44,840 bases of DNA, taken from assembly GCF_004010195.1 (NCBI RefSeq), contig NC_057717.1, forward strand, positions 105,372,770 through 105,417,609, in the 5' to 3' direction. A program made the translations under genes and the position numbers. Source of the DNA: Chiloscyllium plagiosum. Taxonomy: Eukaryota. Positions 39,131-44,840 of this stretch are shown here, piece by piece (the first letter of the stretch is position 1; every line of letters begins with the position of its first letter). The notes under the pieces are model-generated. The model did no database searches. It worked only from the letters and a program-made list of their open reading frames with translations, and had not been told where the DNA came from.

Positions 39131-40250
39131 GTAAAAACAATGACTGCAGATGCTGGAAACCAGATTCCAGATTCTGCTGGAAGAGCTCAGCAGGTCAGGC
39201 AGCATCCGAGGAGCAGTAAAATTGTTGTTTCGGGCAAAAGCCCTTCATCAGGAATAAAGGCAGAGAGCCTGAAGCGTGGAGAGATAAGCTAGAGGAAGGT
39301 GGGGGTGGGGAGAAAGTAGCATAGAGTACAATAGGTGAGTGGGGGAGGGGATGAAGGTGATAGGTCAGGAAGGAGAGGGTGGAGTGGATAGGTGGAAAAG
39401 GAGCTGGCCAGGTCGGACAAGTCCAGACAAGGCATGGGGACAGTGCTGAGCTGGAAGTTTGGAACTAGGGTGAGGTGGGGGAAGGGGAAATGAGGAAACT
39501 GTTGAAGTCCACATTGATGCCCTGGGGTTGAAGTGTTCCGAGGCGGAAGATGAGGCGTTCTTCCTCCAGGCGTCTGGTGGTGAGCGAGCGGCGGTGAAGG
39601 AGGCCCAGGACCTCCATGTCCTCGGCAGAGTGGGAGGGGGAGTTGAAATGTTGGGCCACGGGGTGGTGTGGTTGATTGGTGCGGGTGTCCCAGAGATGTT
39701 CCCTAAAGCGCTTTGCTAGGAGGTGTCCAGTCTCCCCAATGTAGAGGAGACTGCATCGGGAGCAACGGATACAATAAATGATATTGGTGGATGTGCAGGT
39801 GAAACTTTGATGGATGTGGAAGGCTCCTTTAGGGCCTTGGATAGAGGTGAGGGAGGAGGTTTTGCAATTCCTGTGGTGGCAGGGGAAGGTGCCAGGATGG
39901 GAAGGTGGGTTGTAGGGGGGCGTGGACCTGACCAGGCGGAAAGAGGTGGGGAGGGACATATATCCCTGGTGGTGGGGTCTTTTTGGAGGTGACGGAAATG
40001 TCGGTGGATGATTTGGTTTATGCGAAGGTAGGGTGGAAGGTGAGCACCAGGGGCGTTCTGTCCTTGTTACGGTTAGAGGGGTGGGGTCTGAGGGCGGAGG
40101 TGCGGGATGTGGACGAGATGCGTTGGGGGGCATATTTAACCACATGGGAAGGGAAATTGCGGTCTCTAAAGAAGGAGGCCATCTGGTGTGTTCTGTGGTG
40201 GAACTAGTCGTCCTGGGAGCAGATACGGCGGATGCGGGGGAATTGGGAAT
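39131..40250 (-). mobile_element. PLE family A (Neptune-like) 3' half nested in a family B copy (+, about 38830-39130 and 40255-40585)
   Basis: ORF 39465-40283 has a TFPCHHRNCKT linker and the GIY-YIG NIIYCIRCSRCSLLYIGETG; the flanks continue the family B GIY-YIG and 3' end. Confidence 0.9.
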
Positions 40251-40505
40251 ACGGGACCAACTATCACTGGTATCCACACACAAAGAAGTTCAACTGGGAC
40301 ATCCATCCATCCAGGGACAGGCTAGTCAAAGACATGAGTGGAAATGCCTGGAGGCTTGGCATTCAAACCGAAACTTCATTAACAAACCCCATTTTGGGCC
40401 TATTTACCAATCTCTCAGAAACAGAACCAGAAATGATATCACCTCACACAATGAACCGAGGAGGTAAATAGCGAACAGGACAGAACACCAACGCATCACC
40501 GAAGG

Positions 40506-40547
40506 CTTACTGATGATGTTACTCAGCATGGTGACGAAACATCTGAG
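40506..40547 (+). ncRNA. Minimal type I hammerhead ribozyme motif, family B
   Basis: Stem I CTTA/TGAG; CTGATGA (40510-40516); T; stem II GTTACT/CAGCAT/GGTGAC; GAAA; CATC. Confidence 0.7.
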
Positions 40548-42499
40548 AATAAATCCACCAGCTCAGGAAGCGAACCTACAACCTAAAATTAATAAATTTG
40601 ACAGATTGTGTGTCAGTGTTAAACTCATATCTAAAACATTCTGAACTGACTAAAGTTTACAAATTGTGGGTGAGTTTTCTTGTTATGATGTATGCCATGT
40701 GGTTTACTACACATTCATATGGATTAGAAGAGTGATTTTCTGTTTTCTTCTGACCTGACCACACGCATAAAGAAGTCAGGAAATTACAATTAGTTTCAGT
40801 TCGCTAGACTAATTGGAGAATTAACTGAATTTCTCACATATTTACTATAATCTGCTACTAGCAAGTACAAGGATGTGAAAATTGGAAAAGCAGAGAATCA
40901 TGTCCTATTCCGAACACAGAATTTGCTGATGCCATTGTACTGGTAATGGAGGGGGAACCTCATACTGATACATATATAGGGTATGTCCTGTGAGTTTTCT
41001 CCACTGTTGAGTCTAATGCTTTTGGAAATGGCCTGAAATTTTCTGTAAAATGAGAAATCATTATTACTGTCAGCACAGCTGGGCTAGTACTAACTGCTGA
41101 ATCTAGTTCTCAGCATTGCGTTTGTAGGTCACTGAAGCATTACATTTATGGAAAACACTGCCAACCTTGAGCACTAAGTACAGACTTGAATCAGCAAACA
41201 CAAGAACAGGGTGACACCATTTAGTCCTTTGAGGATGTTCTATTTGATGTGTTCATGGCTACTCTATGACCTAATTTAATTAGTGCATTTTCTTTTAGGA
41301 TCTTTGTCGATTTTATATCTGTAAGTCACATGGGAAGCCATTGAATCTTGCATCATGACGTAATTCCATAATCATTGTCAAAAGTCCACACTTTGACCAC
41401 CAACTTTGACTTAAATTGAGGGATGTCATTACAATTAAAGGGCTTGTCGTGTAACAGGTAATGAATGCCCCATCTCTGAGCAAGAAACTCCAGTTTGAGT
41501 CCCATTCAAGTACTTAATCGCCAAAGAAAATCCATCCATAACATGGCTAAGTACCTGCCAATCCTTCCAACATATGTAAATATTATGATCACAGGTGATG
41601 ATAATAATACTGTACAAAATATATTCAAAAATGAAATTTTGCTTGATAGATATGTATGTTTGTTTAATTAATGTGGTGGTTAATCATTGAGACATAATCA
41701 CGAGGCTGTAATTTTCTTTAACAGAACAAAATGCAAAAAACTTTTAAAGAATATATATATATGGGATGAACTTAAAATACACCAAACAAAATTTCAACCA
41801 GTTTCCAAATATACTTTGTTACAGAGACAAGTTCACAGAAATTATACCCCTATCTCAACTTATTAGGGTTCTACTGAATTGACTCCTGACAGTTTAACTA
41901 CTGTAGACTGGGAAGCTAATTCAATTATTCCTGTCCAAATCTGCAGATGTGAACTTTTCACAAACCAGAGAGCTTAAACTTTCTTAGTTCTAATAAGCTG
42001 TTAACCAAATTTTGCCAGTTTAAAAACTTTAATCCTTCTGCTGTGATGACTTATTCTCTGAATCCTCACCTGGGAGAGGAACAAAACTTATTTATAAACT
42101 CAACACTAGTGTTTTCTCAACTGAACTGTAAACAAATGACCTATGTTTATCGAACAGTATAAACATCAGCATTTTATTGGACAAAAGGAGTCTGGCTTTG
42201 TTTCATTTTTTTTTTAAAGAAACACCTTCAGAGAAGTAACCAATACCTACCCATCTCTATTTTGAAATATAAATTGTAAAAGTTATACAAATTATACATT
42301 CAGTTCTGTGATACAAAATACGTTCTGGAACAACATCTCATGTTCAGCTTAGATGCTTTCCAGCCTCCATTTGTCTTACAACTCCCATCATACCTGTTTT
42401 GTTTACATTGCTCTCAGTGGAGGGGACGCATTCCTCCCTCTGCCCCTTAATTTACACCCATTTTACATCTCTATTTTTCTTTCAACACAACCAACAACC

Positions 42500-42745
42500 C
42501 TTTTTACACTGGGCCTTGCTTTCCATTTATATGTTTGGGTTTCTTTGGGTTGGTTACATCACCAACCCAAAAAAACCCAAACACATATATAGAAATCAGG
42601 AATCATCAGCAGTGCTTCATCTGGAGGCTCACTGATTATGTTAGCCAGTATGGTGACGAAACATCTGAAAATGAACCTTCTAGCTCAGCAAGTAAACTTA
42701 CATCCAGAACCTCAACCTGAGCTACAAATCTTCTCAAACTTCGCT
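42500..42745 (+). mobile_element. PLE family B terminal repeat with a short 5' inversion
   Basis: Hammerhead variant at 42632 (CTGATTA); family B 3' tail. Confidence 0.75.
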
Positions 42746-43136
42746 TCACATCATGTATTTTTCTCACTCTTCCTCTGTTCTTTCAAAGGTAAAATACTGT
42801 AGAAATATTTTCCAACCCTTTCTCTTTCCACAGATGCTGCCAGACTCAATGAGTTTCTCCAGCAATTTTTGTTTATGCCTTACAGTACACACTGACTTTT
42901 AGCTGTCACCTCTGCCCTTATTTTTCTATCACATATTTGTTTTTAAAACATTCGTCCACCTCCCTTTGGAAAGCTATCATGGATTCTGCTTCCACCACCA
43001 TTTCAGTTTATGCATACCACTTGCTGACAACTCTGGAACAGCAAGTGCACCGAACCTCTGGTTACTTTAGTGAAACATAACATGTTCTGCGTTCAAAGAC
43101 TTCACTCCTTGACCGCTGTCAAATTAAAGACGCTTT

Positions 43137-43346
43137 TGGGTGGTACGTGTATGGAATGAGTTGCCAGAGGATGTGGTGGAGGCTGGTACAATTGCAACAT
43201 TTAAGAGGCATTTGTATGGGTATATGAATAGGAAGGGTTTGGAGGGATATGGGTCGGGTGCTGGCAGTTGGGACTAGATTGGGTTGGGACATCTGGTTGG
43301 CATGGACGGGTTGGACTGAAGGGTCTGTTTCCGTGCTGTACATATC
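43137..43346 (+). mobile_element. CR1/HER1-type LINE 3' fragment
   Basis: Reverse complement of the family at 4487-4700. Confidence 0.85.
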
Positions 43347-43347
43347 A

Positions 43348-43680
43348 CGGCAGTTTTGGAGTGGCTCAGTGGTTAGCACTGCTGCCTCACAGCACCAGGG
43401 TCCCAGGTTTGATTCCAGCCTCGGGCAACTATCTGTGTTGAGTCTGCTCATTCTCCACATGTCTGCGTGGGTTTCCTCCGGGTACTCTGGTTTCCTCCCA
43501 CAGTCCACAGATGTGCAGGTTAGGTGAACTGGCCATGCTAAATTGCCCGTAGTGTTAGGTGCATTAGTCAGGGGTAAATGTAGGGGAATGAATCTGGGTG
43601 GGTTGCTCTTCGGAGGGTCGGTGTGGACTTGTTGGGCCGAAGGGCCTGTTTCCACACTGTAAGGGAATCTAATCTAATCA
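43348..43680 (+). mobile_element. tRNA-derived SINE (HE1-like)
   Basis: A box TGGCTCAGTGG, B box GGTTTGATTCC, (AATCT)n tail. Confidence 0.88.
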
Positions 43681-44489
43681 CGATAGGAAAGGAAGCAGTC
43701 AAAAATAAGAGCTAACAATGCAACGAAAATACATTTGAAGAATAAACCGAGGTGAGGGGAAGTGTGACCTTTGCTATAAATTATAGGAAGCAAGTTCCAG
43801 TGAATGGGGGCTACATCAGTGAGCATTAAAGAACGTGGGCTTATTCAATCACGGCTGAGGAAGTTACTGAAATGATTGTCTCAAATTTAAAACAATAGTC
43901 GAACCGATATTGCTTTATTCTTGCTGAAACTATGTCTCGTGGTGCTGTTAATGGAGTAAGGCACAGGGTTGCACAGTGTGGAGTATTTCAGCCCAGTTAC
44001 TACAACGAGCAGTAGTCACGCCCCCTCCCTCCCATTCATCTTTTCAGGAGTACAGCCTCGGAGGATTCCATTTCGGGAAGAGGGGGGGACTACTTCCAGA
44101 AAAGCAACCTCCTGCAAATATCCACTTTTATCAGAATCACTGTGATTACTCATAATCAGATAGTTACTTTAATGTAAAGAAATCACAAGTAATGAAATAT
44201 TTTGCTCACAGCATGAGTGCTGGATGGAATAAAAACATAAACAAATAATTACAACAACCCCCCGTTGTTATTTTTCTGGGATTCTGATGATGAATGACTT
44301 GGACCGTGAGCATGAACCATAACGTGCAGGAGGAGGGGGGTGGCCATCGTGTGTTTTAGAAAGAAACCTCCCGCTAAGTTCATTGTTGAAACATAGAAGG
44401 CAACCAGCTGAATTGGCCAAATTAATTATTAATGGATGGCGGTTGAATATTGATGTTCTGATTCTGACCTGGGTGTTCAAAATGATGAT

Positions 44490-44840
44490 TTATGACTCGT
44501 CCCCCCCTCCCACTTGGCAGCGGGTCGACCAGTCCTGATCGCGCGCGAAACTCCCCGCCCGCTCGCGCCGCTGTTTTCCGCCCGGAGCCGGGAACCGCCG
44601 CCCCCTTTCCCCCCAACTCCACCCGCCGGCCGGCCGGCCCGCTCCATCCGCCCGCCCGCCCGCGATGCCAGCCCGGACCAGCGGCAGTGCCGCCGCATCC
44701 TCCCTGCCCGAGGACATCAGGAAGCGGTGAGTGAATGAATTACCCTCAGGCGAAGCCGGGGCCTGTGGCCTCTCCATCCCCGGGGTGGGGGTGTGTGTGC
44801 GGGGGGGGGGGATTATGGCCGGCCGGTACCGCCAGCGTCA
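44490..44840 (+). promoter_or_regulatory. CpG island / DNMT1 promoter with an E2F consensus site
   Basis: GC/CpG-rich; GCGCGCGAAA at 44541-44550 (TTTCGCGC on the - strand); GC boxes such as CCCCGCCC near 44553. Confidence 0.8.
44665..44726 (+). CDS. DNMT1: DNA (cytosine-5)-methyltransferase 1, first coding exon (MPARTSGSAAASSLPEDIRKR)
   Basis: ATG in a CpG island (cccgcgATGc); 62 nt ending in a phase-2 donor CG|GTGAGT; matches the vertebrate DNMT1 N-terminus pattern MPART...SLPDDVRRR. Too short for the ORF track; the rest of the gene lies outside the window. Confidence 0.85.

Noticed and set aside
43348..43420. tRNA gene (A and B boxes present; likewise in the other SINE heads)
   Set aside because: It continues into the SINE body and (AATCT)n tail and is present in several diverged copies.
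31244..44490. SURF2 exons on the minus strand, as expected in the Surfeit locus
   Set aside because: No SURF2-like peptide recognised in the ORF track or by eye; very short exons could have been missed, so tBLASTn is needed to confirm.
44422..44777. Several overlapping ORFs in the second CpG island
   Set aside because: GC-rich artefacts; the recognisable coding frame is the short DNMT1 exon starting at 44665.

Overview
Vertebrate genomic DNA, most likely from a cartilaginous fish (shark), judged from HE1-like SINEs, HER1/CR1-type LINEs and the Penelope families; it has one assembly gap (24847-25419). The central gene is a complete six-exon SURF4-family gene on the + strand (CDS 11338-31243, 813 nt, 270 aa, all introns GT-AG). 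The right end holds a CpG island with the first coding exon of DNMT1 (44665-44726). The left end appears to hold the last two coding exons of an unidentified + strand gene (2177-2314, 5853-5947). SURF2 is absent downstream and DNMT1 is the neighbour, which suggests a SURF4 paralogue (possible 2R ohnologue) rather than the Surfeit-locus gene. The rest is dense in mobile DNA: Penelope-like elements (PLEs) with RT and GIY-YIG remnants, CR1/L2 and L1 fragments, tRNA-SINEs, solo LTRs and TA-flanked MITEs. The most notable non-coding features are many minimal hammerhead-ribozyme motifs of three sequence families, and three insertions that copied nearby DNA. Gene and family names come from recognition, not database searches. 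Repeat boundaries are approximate unless a target-site duplication (TSD) is given.
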